A DNA stretch of 64,000 nucleotides from Eledone cirrhosa (lineage: Eukaryota): NCBI GenBank assembly GCA_964016885.1, contig OZ024747.1:81716001-81780000 (forward strand), written 5' to 3'. Made by a program: the position numbers and the translations under genes. How positions within the stretch are numbered: the stretch's first letter is position 1; each line of letters starts with the position of its first letter. Under the pieces are notes generated by a model. It did no database searches and was not told the origin of the DNA. It worked only from the letters and a program-made list of their open reading frames with translations. Shown one piece after another: positions 28,163 to 41,230 of the stretch.

Positions 28163-28809
28163 ATCATCATCATCATCATCATCATCATTTTACGTCCGTT
28201 CTTCCACGCTAGCATGGGTTAGACGGGTTGTCTTGTTGTGAGCAGTGTCCAGTCGGCTGACCTTGTCTTGCTCATACAGGAACTGATTCTGGCTTGATTT
28301 CTACAGCTGGATGCCCTTCCTAACACCAACCTCATTTACAGTGAGTGCTGGGTGCTTTTTTCCGTGGCGCCTACACGTCCACTTTACAGTGTAGGTTGGA
28401 TGCTTTTTTGCCGTGGCACCTCCACAACTACTTTGCAGTGAGAGGGTGTGGGGCATATTGTCTATATGCTTCTGCTTTGGCTTGTTCCTGTGTGTGTGTG
28501 GGGGGGGGGTCTTCTGTATTAATGCATGACGCCAGAGGTCACGGTTGCGTATCATTGCTCTTGAGATGTGCAATTGAGTAAGGTCGGCCTTTATCACCTC
28601 ATCCCAGGTCTTCTTGGGTCTCCCCACTCTGTGGCTTCCATTAACTTCTAGTGCCTGCACCATTTTATGCACCTGTCATCCTTCCTACGCATCACATATC
28701 CATACCAACATAACCTCCTCTCCTGCACACATCATTTGATTCCTCTGATGCTCAGTCTCTCTCTCAATTCGTTTATACTTTGCCGTTCGCGTATATTACT
28801 ATTACACAT

Positions 28810-28811
<2 letters not shown>
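28163..28811 (-). mobile_element. 5'-truncated RTE LINE in (TA)n
   Basis: MCNSNIRERQSINELRERLSIRGIK*CVQERRLCWYGYV..GRPKKTWDEVIKADL..RDLWR, with a stop and a frameshift; 3' UTR and (GAT)n tail; (TA)n on both sides. Confidence 0.9.
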
Positions 28812-28902
<91 letters not shown>

Positions 28903-29000
28903 GTAGTAGCCCAGGAGGTTATATCAGTAGTAAGTAGAGCACTCAGTTCATTGGACAAGTTCGGCATAAAGTTAGTTCTACAACAAATTAACAAATCATG

Positions 29001-29035
29001 GAGTTGAAAATCTGTTGGATGAAACACGTGTCCTT
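29001..29035 (+). ncRNA. Minimal hammerhead, UUGAAAA core variant, in a fold-back insert (28900-29068)
   Basis: GAG TTGAAAA TCTGTTGGAT GAAA CACGTG TC CTT; palindromic stem III, GUC triplet; weak stems I and II; flanked by inverted arms. Confidence 0.55.
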
Positions 29036-29065
29036 GAGAATGGTTTGCTAATTTGTTGTGGAACT

Positions 29066-29098
<33 letters not shown>

Positions 29099-29101
29099 TA
29101 T

Positions 29102-29133
<32 letters not shown>

Positions 29134-29365
29134 TGATTAACGACTATCTTCCATGCTAGCATGGGTTAAACGGGTTTGTCTCATTTAGAGGCAAGTTGGG
29201 TCGGGAGACAGTGTCTCACTCATATAGGAGTGTTTCTGGTTGGTTTTCTATGGCTGGATGCCCATCCTAACGCCAAACACATTGACAGTGTGTGTTGGGT
29301 GCTTTTTGCTGTGCCTTTTACACATCCACTTTACAGTGTGGGCTGGATGTTTTGTGGTAGCAGCA
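29102..29365 (-). mobile_element. RTE-type 3' UTR fragment with (GAT)n tail
   Basis: Shares GGCATCCAGC, CCCATGCTAGCATGGAA and the tail with the other RTE copies. Confidence 0.8.
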
Positions 29366-29523
29366 TAATATATATATATATATATATATAGTAGAAATAT
29401 TTTCGAAACAGTGAGCGAGTTTTAAATTAGAAATATAAGCTATCGCCATATTTTGACTAAAGAAATTATTTAGCCCGATAGTGGGAAGATTATAGCTTCT
29501 AATTTGAATGGAACAAGACGGGT

Positions 29524-29594
29524 GATGTGTTGGTGTAATGGTAGCACAGTGGTCTGGATAACCGCAGATGTGGGTTTGACTCCCATGTACGTCA
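29524..29594 (+). pseudogene. tRNA-like cloverleaf (pseudo-tRNA or SINE head), anticodon position GGA
   Basis: GATGTGT TG GTGT AATGGTA GCAC A GTGGT CTGGATA ACCGC AGAT GTGGG TTTGACT CCCAT GTACGTC A. All four stems pair, with several G-U; T-loop TTC is mutated to TTT. Confidence 0.6.
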
Positions 29595-30171
29595 ATACTC
29601 ACCCTTTTTCATTTCTCCGAGAGTTCTTAACTCACTATCATGCACATATCATGATAATGACGTACACATATACATATATTTGTGCGCATACACATATACC
29701 ATATATATGTAATATACATACACATATATATATCAATTACAAACACTAAGATGGAAAGGATATGAAAGCCTGCAAAAAGACTTCTAATGATTTACTTTGT
29801 AAAATTCATTATTCAGAAAGGCTGGAGAATGGCTGATAAGAAATTGTTAATACCTTAATTACGAGAAGCCTATCTCAATCCAGTTTAGGTTTCACTGTCT
29901 AGATTCTCTCTATTCTTATTTACTTTGATAAGTTTCAATGTTATGTAAATTAAATGTAAATAGAAAACACCAAACAACAATTTATAACACATACATGTAT
30001 ATATATGTATATAAATATAAATATATATATATCAATATATATATATCAATATATAAATATATAAATATAAATATATATATAAATATATATATAAATATAT
30101 ATATATCAATATATATATATATCAATATATATATAAATATAAATATATATATAAATATATATATATCAATA

Positions 30172-31410
30172 TAGTCAGCTACAAATATTAAGCTCTAAGA
30201 AAATACTTCTGAACATTACATTACAATTTAAAAAATATGATCAACACTAATGTGTTTTTTTTGCAAAATGACAATAATTTTTTAGCCAGATAGAAATACC
30301 TTAATTCAAGTACATATAGTCCGTCTGTATCGATCTAGAAAATATTAAATATTAAATCTATACTTACAGACGTAAAATGGCAACTGCCTGTTGCCTAGAC
30401 AAGTTTAAATTTCAAAATTCAAACCTTTTCAGCAGATCGGGCGGAACTTCAAAACATAAACCTGTTTCACAAGGGATGGTATACTAATGAAATAATTAAT
30501 TAATTACGGAACAACTATTTATAAAATAATTATTAGTGAAATAATCAATTTTCTGTGATCTTCGGTAGGCACCCAGGAATTAAAGTCACTTCTCCTAAGA
30601 TAATAATCTTAAGACTGATCTGTCGCAAGCCTAATACATGTGCTTTTGCACACGACCTTCTCAGCATTCTGGCTCATATCCATGGCGCTAGAAATAACAG
30701 CCGTGAATATGTGATTATGAATTCAGCTCTACCGGAGGAGCAGATTAATTTCAGTTTAGTAGTCAGTTACAAATATTAAGCTCTAAGAAAATACTTCTGA
30801 GCATTACATTACAATTTAAAAAAATATGATCAACACTAATGTGTTTTTTTTGCAAAATGACAATAATTTTTTAGCCAGATAAAAATACCTTAATTCAAGT
30901 ACATATAGTCCGTCTGTATCAATCTAGAAAATATTAAATATTAAATCTATACTTACAGACGTAAAATGACAACTGCCTGGTGCCTAGACAAGTTTAAATT
31001 TCAAAATTCAAACCTTTTCAGCAGATCGGGCGGAACTTCAAAACATAAACCTTAATATTTAATATTTAATATTTTTTAGATCGATACCTTAATTCAAGTA
31101 CTATATGTACTTGAATTAAGGTATTTCTATATGGCTAAAAAAAAAAAAAAAAATTATTGTCATTTTGCAAAAAAAACACATTAGTGTTGATCATATTTTT
31201 TTAAATTGTAATATATAAATATATATATATATCAATATATATATAAATATATATATATAAATATATATATATCAATATATATATATATATATCAATATAT
31301 ATATATATATATATATAACGATGTTGCAGATGTTGATCATATTTTACATTTACATTTACATTACTATTTACATTAGTGTTGATCATATTTTTTTAAATTG
31401 TAATATATAA
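30172..31410. mobile_element. Partial tandem plus inverted repeat element between AT microsatellites (PLE-like geometry, family unknown)
   Basis: 588-bp period: 30172-30463 recurs at 30760-31052, followed by inverted patches of the same sequence (31053-31211, 31372-31402). Confidence 0.7.
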
Positions 31411-31506
31411 ATATATATATATCAATATATATATACATATATATATATCAATATATATATATCAATATATATATATATATCAATATATATATATATATAT
31501 ATATAA

Positions 31507-31750
31507 CGATGTTGCAGATGTGCAACGAAAGATTTATGTAAATTATGTAAACTATATATATGTGTTTGTGTCTATATTGTATCTGTATTATTTTTGACCG
31601 TCGGTCAGTCAATGGCAACATTGAGGACCGAGTAAGTTAGATCGCAGATATAAAAGACAGCGAGAAGCGAAAACCAACCAAACAGTGAGTGTGTTCTGTT
31701 ATTAATTCTGGCAATATTATGCAAATATGACCCTCCCCAAGTACAACAAT
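31507..31750 (+). mobile_element. PLE pLTR fragment, 5'-truncated inside its hammerhead
   Basis: (TA)n-ACGA T GTTGCA GATG TGCAAC GAAA GATT TA, with CTG missing; 3' end ATGACCCTCCCCAAGTACAACAA(TA)n shared with the 33 kb element. Confidence 0.7.
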
Positions 31751-31810
31751 ATATATATATCAATATATATATAAATATATATATATCAATATATAAATAT
31801 ATATATATCA

Positions 31811-31842
<32 letters not shown>

Positions 31843-31865
31843 AATATAAATATATATATATTTAT

Positions 31866-31946
31866 TTGCCTCAAGTGGGAAAACCCCCGTCCAAACCCAT
31901 GCAAGCGTGGAACACGGACGCTAAACCTGATGATGATGATGATGAT
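31866..31946 (+). mobile_element. 80-bp RTE 3' end
   Basis: Nearly identical to 16284-16366. Confidence 0.85.
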
Positions 31947-31984
31947 AAATATATATATATTTATATTTATATATATATATATAT

Positions 31985-32278
31985 ATCATCATCATCATCA
32001 TCATCATTTTACGTCCACTTTTCCTTGCTAGCAAGGGTGGGACGGGAACTGATTCTGGCTTGATTTCTACAGCTGGATGCCCTTCCTAACACCAACCTCA
32101 TTTACAGTGAGTGCTGGGTGCTTTTTTGCCGTGGCACCTCCACGACCACTGAGTAAACTGGAGCAATGTGAAATAAAGTGTCTTGCTCAAGGAAACAACA
32201 CATCACCCGGTCTGAGAATTGAACTCACAACCTTTCGATTGCAAGGCCAATGCTCTAACCACTAAGCCATGTGCCTCC
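31985..32278 (-). mobile_element. CORE-type SINE with RTE tail (family B), internally deleted
   Basis: Reverse complement of 55634-55984, lacking a 51-bp internal segment. Confidence 0.88.
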
Positions 32279-32343
32279 ATATATATATTTATATTTATAT
32301 ATATATATATATATAAATATATATATATATTTATATATATATC

Positions 32344-32374
<31 letters not shown>

Positions 32375-32375
32375 C

Positions 32376-32907
<532 letters not shown>

Positions 32908-33149
32908 TATATATATATATATAAATATATATATATGTATATAAATATATATATATGTATATACATATATATATAAATATAAATATAAATATATATTGTT
33001 ATACTTTGGGAGGGTCATGTTGCCAATAAGAAACACACGCACCAGTTGTTTCACTTCAATTTATTATATATTTATAAATTTATAAATTTATAAATCTATA
33101 AATTTCTGGTTGGTTGGTTGGTTCCACAACCAGATAGTTGTTTATATAT

Positions 33150-33194
33150 AGTCATAGTTCTTTCGTCACACACTCTGTGACCTCTTCAGTGACT
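33150..33194 (-). ncRNA. Minimal type I hammerhead ribozyme
   Basis: Minus strand: AGTCA CTGAAGA G GTCAC AGAGTGT GTGAC GAAA GAAC TA TGACT (5-bp stem I, 5-bp stem II, 2-bp stem III, CUA triplet). Confidence 0.8.
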
Positions 33195-33394
33195 GGGGAT
33201 TCCTTTCTTTGTTTCTGTGCCTCTCCTTTGTTCTGTCCTACGCCATTTTGTTTCTGTGTGTGTGTTGTGTGCTCAGTCTGTGCATGCGCCACATCTGGGT
33301 GGCTGTGTGTGTTTATGTTCATTTATTTATTTGTTTATTTACATGTTACTGGTTGGTTGTTTGTTCTATGTGTGTGTGTGTTTTCATTTTGTCC

Positions 33395-33810
33395 TTAATT
33401 GTAAGTTGTGATGTTGCTGTTCCACTCATATTTTCTATTTAATTTTGGTTGTAATTCTTTTATGTTTATTGCCTCTGTAATTTGTCTAAACATTGCGTCT
33501 TTTCTGTGTGTAGATTCTATTTTTATTTCTATGTTCTCTAATTTGCCCTTGTGTTCTATCTTAGCATGTTGGTAGAGTACAGATGATTCTTTATTATCTT
33601 GAAGGTCTCGCCAGTGTTCATTTATCCGTTCCCCTACACTACGAGCTGTCTCACCTATGTACACTATATTTTTGTCTCTACATTGTCCTTCAGTACATCT
33701 TATGCTATACACTACATTTCTAGTTTTACAGTTAATATGGGGCCTTATTTTACAGGTTATACATTTCTTATCTATACATGAGGGTCTTTGAAAAGGGTAT
33801 GTCTTGCTAA
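33395..33810 (-). CDS. Penelope-like GIY-YIG endonuclease domain (partial, no true start)
   Basis: SKTYPFQRPSCIDKKCITC..NCKTRNVVYSIRC..C..VYIGETARSVGERINEH..LYQH..EAINIKELQPKLN; catalytic Y, Y, G, R, H, E and N present. The N-terminal part of the listed ORF (33811-33901) is unrelated junction sequence. Confidence 0.9.
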
Positions 33811-33867
33811 ATTTTTTAAATTTTTTAAATTTTTTAAATTTTTTTAAATATACATATTTATTTGGTT

Positions 33868-33902
33868 CCTTTACCGGTTTCGCAGTTCTTCTGCTTTTCA
33901 AA

Positions 33903-33903
<1 letters not shown>
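33868..33903 (-). ncRNA. Hammerhead core, UUGAAAA variant, stem I truncated
   Basis: Minus strand: TT TTGAAAA GCAG AAGAA CTGC GAAA CCGG TA AA; palindromic stem III ACCGGT. Confidence 0.7.
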
Positions 33904-33933
<30 letters not shown>

Positions 33934-34105
33934 TAAATAAATATAATTATATAAATATATATATATATATATATGCAAAAGTTTTATTTAAAATTGTTGG
34001 GTTACAACAAGTAAATATTTTATAACTGATATAAAGCACTCGACAAGTTATTGGAGTAGATATACGATATTAAACAAATGGAAACTATATTTATAAAACC
34101 ATATT

Positions 34106-34171
34106 TATTTCATTATACATATTTCAGGGATACCATATTAAAAATATGGCATGCCTTCGTCAGATAAAATA
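34106..34171 (-). ncRNA. Type I hammerhead ribozyme (element A, minus arm)
   Basis: TATTTTAT CTGACGA AGGCATGCCATATT TTT AATATGGTATCCCT GAAA TATGTA TA ATGAAATA. Confidence 0.8.
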
Positions 34172-34298
34172 CAATATATAAACAGTATTATAAATAATTT
34201 TGACGTACCATTTTATAAGCGACCATTATATTAGGATAATATAATGGTCGCTTATAATATGGTACGTCAAAATTATTTATAAAACTGTTTATATATTG

Positions 34299-34364
34299 TA
34301 TTTTATCTGACGAAGGCATGCCATATTTTTAATATGGTATCCCTGAAATATGTATAATGAAATA
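34299..34364 (+). ncRNA. Type I hammerhead ribozyme (element A, plus arm)
   Basis: Exact inverted copy of 34106-34171. Confidence 0.8.
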
Positions 34365-34432
34365 AATATGGTTTTATAAATATAGTTTCCATTTGTTTAA
34401 TATCGTATATATATAGATATATATTTATATAA

Positions 34433-34464
<32 letters not shown>

Positions 34465-34543
34465 TTATATAAATATATATATATATATTTATATAAATAT
34501 ATATATATATATTTATATAAATATATATATATATTTATATATA

Positions 34544-34598
<55 letters not shown>

Positions 34599-34599
34599 T

Positions 34600-34644
<45 letters not shown>

Positions 34645-34681
34645 TTATATAAATATAAATATATATATTTATATATATATT

Positions 34682-34719
<38 letters not shown>

Positions 34720-34825
34720 AAGTTTTATTTAAATTGTTGGGTTACGAGTAAATATTTATAACTGATATAAAAGCACTCAACTTACGATATTAAATAAATG
34801 GAAACTATATTTATAAAACCATATT

Positions 34826-34891
34826 TATTTCATTATATATATTTCAGGGATATCATATTAAAAATATGGTATGCCTTCTTCAGACAAAATA
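34826..34891 (-). ncRNA. Type I hammerhead ribozyme (element B)
   Basis: TATTTTGT CTGAAGA AGGCATACCATATT TTT AATATGATATCCCT GAAA TATATA TA ATGAAATA. Confidence 0.8.
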
Positions 34892-35135
34892 CAATATAAA
34901 CAGTCTTATAAATAGATAGATTTGACATACCTTACAACTTCAACTTCCATTTAAAAAGTTGATTTGGTAGTGAAAAATGTTAGGGACAGTTATAAAAAGA
35001 AAGAAAAAAAGCGAAGAAAAAGAAGAAATGCATGCAACTAAATAGAGAGAGATAGATATAGAGAGATAGATAGAGAGAAGAAATTCATGTAAAGAAACAG
35101 AGAGAGATAGATAGAGAGAGGAAAAACACAGAGGG

Positions 35136-35189
<54 letters not shown>

Positions 35190-36278
35190 AAAAGTAGAGA
35201 GAGATAGATATAGATAGAGATAGAGAGAAAGAAAATAGGTAGTTGGGCACCAGTTGAATGACGTATCAATGATATATTTATTTATTTATTTATTTATTTA
35301 GTTCTACTATTAAGGTAGAGAGAGATATATGTGGTTAGGAGAGAAAACAGCCGTTACATAGAGAGAAAAGAAAAATATCCAGAGATAAACGAGGCAGATT
35401 TAAAACATTATGTTTCATCAATGTAAAAATATCAATTCGTATGAATTAGGTATTATAATGTAAATATCAGTATTCATGAATGAGACACGTATCAATAATG
35501 TGTGAAAAATAATGATCATATGTCTAGTTTAAAATTCCTAGGTTTATATCAGAGCTGAGATAAAAAACTGAGATAAAAAACTGAGATAAAAAACTTCAAA
35601 AAAAATTGAAATACATAAGTATATATGCACTTTCATGAAAAAAGAAAAAGAAAATAGAAGGTTATCCCAGATTCGATACTATAGACTTCCATGTGAATTT
35701 ACGTGATCAACTCAGCAAATTCCTATTTCACATGAAAACATTCTCATTGTGCTATAAAAATTCTAGTATACATATATGTGTACATACACACAAATATATA
35801 TAGAATCTACATTAATTTTAACAATACTATTCTTGTCTTTACTCTACATGATTATCGTTCAAGCATAAATAGACAACAGATATCAATATATCAATAAAAA
35901 TATCAAAAAATTAAAAAATATTAAAAATAAAACACAGTATGCCCCGCAAATCAACCACAGAGATCAACCCTTCAAAATTAATTGACAATATATTGCCAAG
36001 TTCATTATAAGCATCAGAATCAAAAGCAAACAAAACCAAAATTATTTACCAAATCCTGTCTAGCAGAAATCATTCCAAAAGTTTAGGATACCCATTTGAT
36101 CTACAGATGGTCTTATATTTATTATAGAAGTTTATCTAGTGTAAAATTTATTCGATATATTTGGAGCATCAGCTTTTAGGATAGTTTAATTATTCATGAA
36201 GAATGTTTAAAAAAAAAAAAGAAATTGAAAGATTTATCGGCGAGTTTCATAAATAATTATAAATCATAAGTAAATATA

Positions 36279-36902
36279 CTACATTTTAAATTTATATTTA
36301 AAGGTTGAGTTCAATCTATGTCTGCAGCAACTGAATAAATTTGTCCGTAAATTAAGGGAATTTTTAGATTTTAGTATAAAGAATATCTCCTCCGCGCAGA
36401 GGTCACATGTCTCAGAGGATGAATTAAAAGGAATCCCTCTTGAGACTATATTCCAAGCCGTCGAATATCCAACGTTATCATGCTTAAGTTGCCAGAGTAA
36501 GCCTGATAGTGATGTTGAAGATTTTTTGCTTGGATCTGTGAAAGAATTCTTGTGGTTATTATAGCGAAGTTTAAATTCTGTCGAGGTGGAACCAACATAG
36601 TTAAAAGAATTTAAGTCCGTTTTAACATTACAGTTGTATATTATATTTTTAACTAAGCAATTGTTATTTAACGGACATTTAGATCTATCTCTACAGTTAC
36701 ATTTGTTTACTTGGATATTATTTATGCTATTATCGGTATTTTGGCTAGGTTTTAAATTCCTATTATTTATTCTATTAATATTTTGTGCTAAATTTTTGGT
36801 GGATGAGTAAGTTAATTTTATAGTATGTCTATTGAAAATTGAGTGATACCTATGTGTTCTAGGGAAGCGATTATCAAGAGCATTAAAAAATAGTTTAACG
36901 AT
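36279..36902 (-). CDS. Start-less intact frame (207 codons plus stop): PLE RT-thumb end, Cys linker, GIY-YIG endonuclease
   Basis: Hand translation: [121 protein letters not shown]. Absent from the ORF track. Confidence 0.88.
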   Translation of the reverse strand: MVKLFFNALDNRFPRTHRYHSIFNRHTIKLTYSSTKNLAQNINRINNRNLKPSQNTDNSINNIQVNKCNCRDRSKCPLNNNCLVKNIIYNCNVKTDLNSFNYVGSTSTEFKLRYNNHKNSFTDPSKKSSTSLSGLLWQLKHDNVGYSTAWNIVSRGIPFNSSSETCDLCAEEIFFILKSKNSLNLRTNLFSCCRHRLNSTFKYKFKM

Positions 36903-36944
36903 GTATATATATATATATAAATATATATATATATATTTATATAA

Positions 36945-36976
<32 letters not shown>

Positions 36977-36977
36977 T

Positions 36978-37020
<43 letters not shown>

Positions 37021-37027
37021 TTATATA

Positions 37028-37062
<35 letters not shown>

Positions 37063-37063
37063 T

Positions 37064-37101
<38 letters not shown>

Positions 37102-37108
37102 AATATAT

Positions 37109-37213
<105 letters not shown>

Positions 37214-37238
37214 AATATAAATATATATATATATAAAT

Positions 37239-37451
<213 letters not shown>

Positions 37452-37470
37452 AATATATATATATATAAAT

Positions 37471-37545
<75 letters not shown>

Positions 37546-37587
37546 CAATATTAAATAAATGGAAAACTATATTTATAAAACCATATT

Positions 37588-37653
37588 TATTTCATTATAT
37601 ATATTTCGGGGATATCATATTAACAATATGTTATGCCTTCATCAGACAAAATA
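37588..37653 (-). ncRNA. Type I hammerhead ribozyme (element C, inverted arm)
   Basis: Reverse complement of 41231-41296. Confidence 0.78.
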
Positions 37654-38966
37654 CAATATAAACAGTTTTATAGATAAATATATTCGACATACCGTAATAA
37701 ACATCAACTTCATTTGAAGAGGTTTACTCTAGCAGTGAAAATACAGAGAGAAAGAAAGAGAGAAAGAAAAGAGGGAAAAAAGAAAGAAAGAAAGACAAAA
37801 CGAAGAAGAGGAAGAAAAAGAAAAAGAAGAAATGCATGGGACAAAATAGAGAGATGGAAAAATAGATAAAGCGAAGAGCTTCATGTAGAGAGACAGAAAG
37901 AGATATATATATATATAGAGAGAGGAAATAGAGATAGATACATATATATATATAGAAAATTAGGTAGTGGGAGGTCATTTTGAGTAAGTTATTATTCTTG
38001 CGATTACTCTACAAGATTATCTATCAAGCAGAAATAGAGAGCAGATTTCAATATACTAATCGAAAATATATATTATATTATAAACAAAGATAACAATAAT
38101 AATAATAATAAGTAAAAATATATAAAAAAATATATAAAAAATATATAAAAAATATATAAAAATATAGAATAGAAAACTAAAAAAAATATATTACGAAAGA
38201 ATATTACATAATAAAAATATTGCATATTAAAATACTACGTATTAAAAAATATTACGTATTAAAAATTTACATATAAAAATATTAAAAATAAAATAAAAAA
38301 ATAAAATAAAAAATAAAAATATTATAGAATACTACAATACTAAAAGAATAAAAATAAAAATAAAAATAAAAATAAAAATAAAAATAAAAATAAAAATAAA
38401 AATAAAAATAAAAATAAAAATAAAATAAAAATAAACCACAAAGAACAACCCTTCAAAGTTAATTGACAATATATTGCCAAGTTCATTACAAGACAAAGCC
38501 AAAAATTATCTATCAAATCACATCTAGCAAAGAATATCGCAAAAAAAGATTATGATGTCCAATAATGTCTACATAAGTTCCTATATTTAATATAGAAGTT
38601 TATCTAGTGTAAGGTTAATTCAAAAAAATTTGGAGCATCGGCTTTTAGGGTAGCTTAATTTTTCATGAGGAATGTTTAGATAAAAAATAATAAAAAATAA
38701 AAAAAAAAATAATAAAAAAATATAAAAAATAATAAAAATATAAAAAAATAAAAAAATAAAAATATAAAAAAATAAAAAAATAAAATAATAAAATAATAAA
38801 ATAAAAAATAAATAAAATAAAAAAAACAATAGAAAGAGTAAAAAGAGGGAATCAAAGATTTAGGAATCAAAAGATTTATCGGCTAGTTCTCATATAAATA
38901 TAAATATAAATATAAATCAAACTAAATATACTACATTTTAAATTTAAATTTATATTTAAACGTTGA

Positions 38967-39608
38967 AACCTAAACATTAAAACCCACATCGCTAAATTAT
39001 TTTTCAAAGCTCTTGATAATCGCTTCCCTAGAACACATAGGTATCACTCAATCTTCAATAGGCATACAATTAAATTAACCTACTCATCCACCAAAAATTT
39101 AGCACAAAATATTAATAGAATAAATAATAGGAACTTAAAACCTACTGATAATAGCATAAATAATATACAAGTTAACAAATGTAACTGTAGAGATAGATCT
39201 AAATGTCCGTTAAATAACAACTGCTTAGTTAAAAATATAGTATACAATTGTAATGTTAATACTGACTCTAATTCTTTTAACTACGTCGGTTCCACATCGA
39301 CGGAATTTAAACTTCGCTATAATAACCACAAGAATTCTTTCACAGATCCAAATAAAAAATCTTCAACGGCACTATCAGGGGTACTCTGGCAACTTAAGCT
39401 AGATAACGTTAGATATTCGACGGCTTGGAATATAGTCTCAAGAGGGATTCCTTTTAATTCATCCTCTGAGACATGTGACCTCTGCGCAGAGGAGATATTC
39501 TTTATACTAAAATCTAAAAATTCCCTTAACCTACGGACAAATTTATTCAGTTGTTGCAAACATAGATTAAACTCAACGTTTAAATATAAATTTAAATTTA
39601 AAATGTAG
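38967..39608 (+). CDS. Start-less intact frame (213 codons plus stop): PLE RT-thumb end, Cys linker, GIY-YIG endonuclease
   Basis: Hand translation: [129 protein letters not shown]. No in-frame start codon until the last codon, so the ORF track misses it. Confidence 0.9.
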   Translation, partial: NLNIKTHIAKLFFKALDNRFPRTHRYHSIFNRHTIKLTYSSTKNLAQNINRINNRNLKPTDNSINNIQVNKCNCRDRSKCPLNNNCLVKNIVYNCNVNTDSNSFNYVGSTSTEFKLRYNNHKNSFTDPNKKSSTALSGVLWQLKLDNVRYSTAWNIVSRGIPFNSSSETCDLCAEEIFFILKSKNSLNLRTNLFSCCKHRLNSTFKYKFKFKM

Positions 39609-40835
39609 TATATTTAGTTTGATTTATATTTATATGAGAACTAGCCGATAAATCTTTTGATTCCTAAATCTTTGATTCCCTCTTTTTACTCTTTCTATTG
39701 TTTTTTTTATTTTATTTATTTTTTTATTTTTTTTTTTTTTATATTTTTTTATTATTTTTTATATTTTTTTATTATTTTTTTTTTTTTTTTAAATTATTTT
39801 TTTATTATTTTTTATCTAAACATTCCTCATGAAAAATTAAGCTACCCTAAAAGCCGATGCTCCAAATTTTTTTGAATTAACCTTACACTAGATAAACTTC
39901 TATATTAAATATAGGAACTTATGTAGACATTATTGGACATCATAATCTTTTTTTGCGATATTCTTTGCTAGATGTGATTTGATAGATAATTTTTGGCTTT
40001 GTCTTGTAATGAACTTGGCAATATATTGTCAATTAACTTTGAAGGGTTGTTCTTTGTGGTTTATTTTTATTTTATTTTTATTTTTATTTTTATTTTTATT
40101 TTTATTTTTATTTTTATTTTTATTTTTATTTTTATTTTTATTCTTTTAGTATTGTAGTATTCTATAATATTTTTATTTTTTATTTTATTTTTTTATTTTA
40201 TTTTTAATATTTTTATATGTAAATTTTTAATACGTAATATTTTTTAATACGTAGTATTTTAATATGCAATATTTTTATTATGTAATATTCTTTCGTAATA
40301 TATTTTTTTTTAGTTTTCTATTCTATATTTTTATATATTTTTTATATATTTTTTATATATTTTTTTATATATTTTTACTTATTATTATTATTATTGTTAT
40401 CTTTGTTTATAATATAATATATATTTTCGATTAGTATATTGAAATCTGCTCTCTATTTCTGCTTGATAGATAATCTTGTAGAGTAATCGCAAGAATAATA
40501 ATACGCTCAAATTTTTATACCACACTGAGAATGTTTTCCGGTAACTAAAAGTTTGCAGAGTGAATCAGTTGGATTCACATTGATGTTTGTAGCTGTCACA
40601 TAAACATATGAATTTTTTAAAACTAAACATAAGATAATGAATTTTCACACATTGTGAATACTTGTTTCATTCAGGAATACTGATATTTACAATATAGTGT
40701 AAGTTTTATAAATACTAATACATTAAAACATAGGGTTTTCTACGCCTCGAATATGTCTGGCTATTTTTAAATTTTTTTCTCTCTCTATATCTCTCTATAT
40801 CTCTCTATATATCCCCCTTACATTAATACTTGAGC

Positions 40836-40870
<35 letters not shown>

Positions 40871-41230
40871 ATGTATCATTGATACACTTACTCAAAATGA
40901 CCTCCCACTACCTAATTTTCTCTATATATATATGTATCTATCTCTATTTCCTCTCTCTATATATATATATATCTCTTTCTGTCTCTCTACATGAAGCTCT
41001 TCGCTTTATCTATTTTTCCATCTCTCTATTTTGTCCCATGCATTTCTTCTTTTTCTTTTTCTTCTTTTTCTTCCTCTTCTTCGTTTTGTCTTTCTTTCTT
41101 TCTTTTTTCCCTCTTTTCTTTCTCTCTTTCTTTCTCTCTGTATTTTCACTGCTAGAGTAAACCTCTTCAAATGAAGTTGATGTTTATTACGGTATGTCAA
41201 ATATATTTATCTATAAAACTGTTTATATTG

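Larger units (their letters stand above)
32996..33810 (-). mobile_element. 5'-truncated Penelope-like element (GIY-YIG endonuclease, 3' pLTR with hammerhead)
   Basis: Endonuclease frame, then UTR, hammerhead, and an ATGACCCTCCCAAAGTATAACAA(TA)n end. Confidence 0.88.
33975..34410 (-). mobile_element. PLE element A: 3' end with a ~350-bp near-perfect palindrome
   Basis: Arms 34060-34233 / 34237-34410, with two mismatches seen; 3' end shared with elements B and C. Confidence 0.88.
34717..36903 (-). mobile_element. PLE element B (probable Naiad clade): endonuclease frame, long 3' UTR, hammerhead
   Basis: (TA)n on both sides; homologous throughout to 38986-41427. Confidence 0.88.

Noticed and set aside
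33811-33901. N-terminus and TTG start of the 168-aa ORF as a stand-alone endonuclease gene
   Set aside because: Segment is a ribozyme fragment plus a 9-bp slippage repeat abutting (TA)n; no ATG
39317-39559. 80-aa minus-strand ORF conserved with about 36320-36563
   Set aside because: Antisense shadow of the GIY-YIG frame, which carries the recognisable motifs and the silent-site pattern
38620-41160. Paired hydrophobic F/I/L-rich ORFs that look like membrane proteins
   Set aside because: Low-complexity T-rich UTR of element C, seen twice because of the inverted repeat
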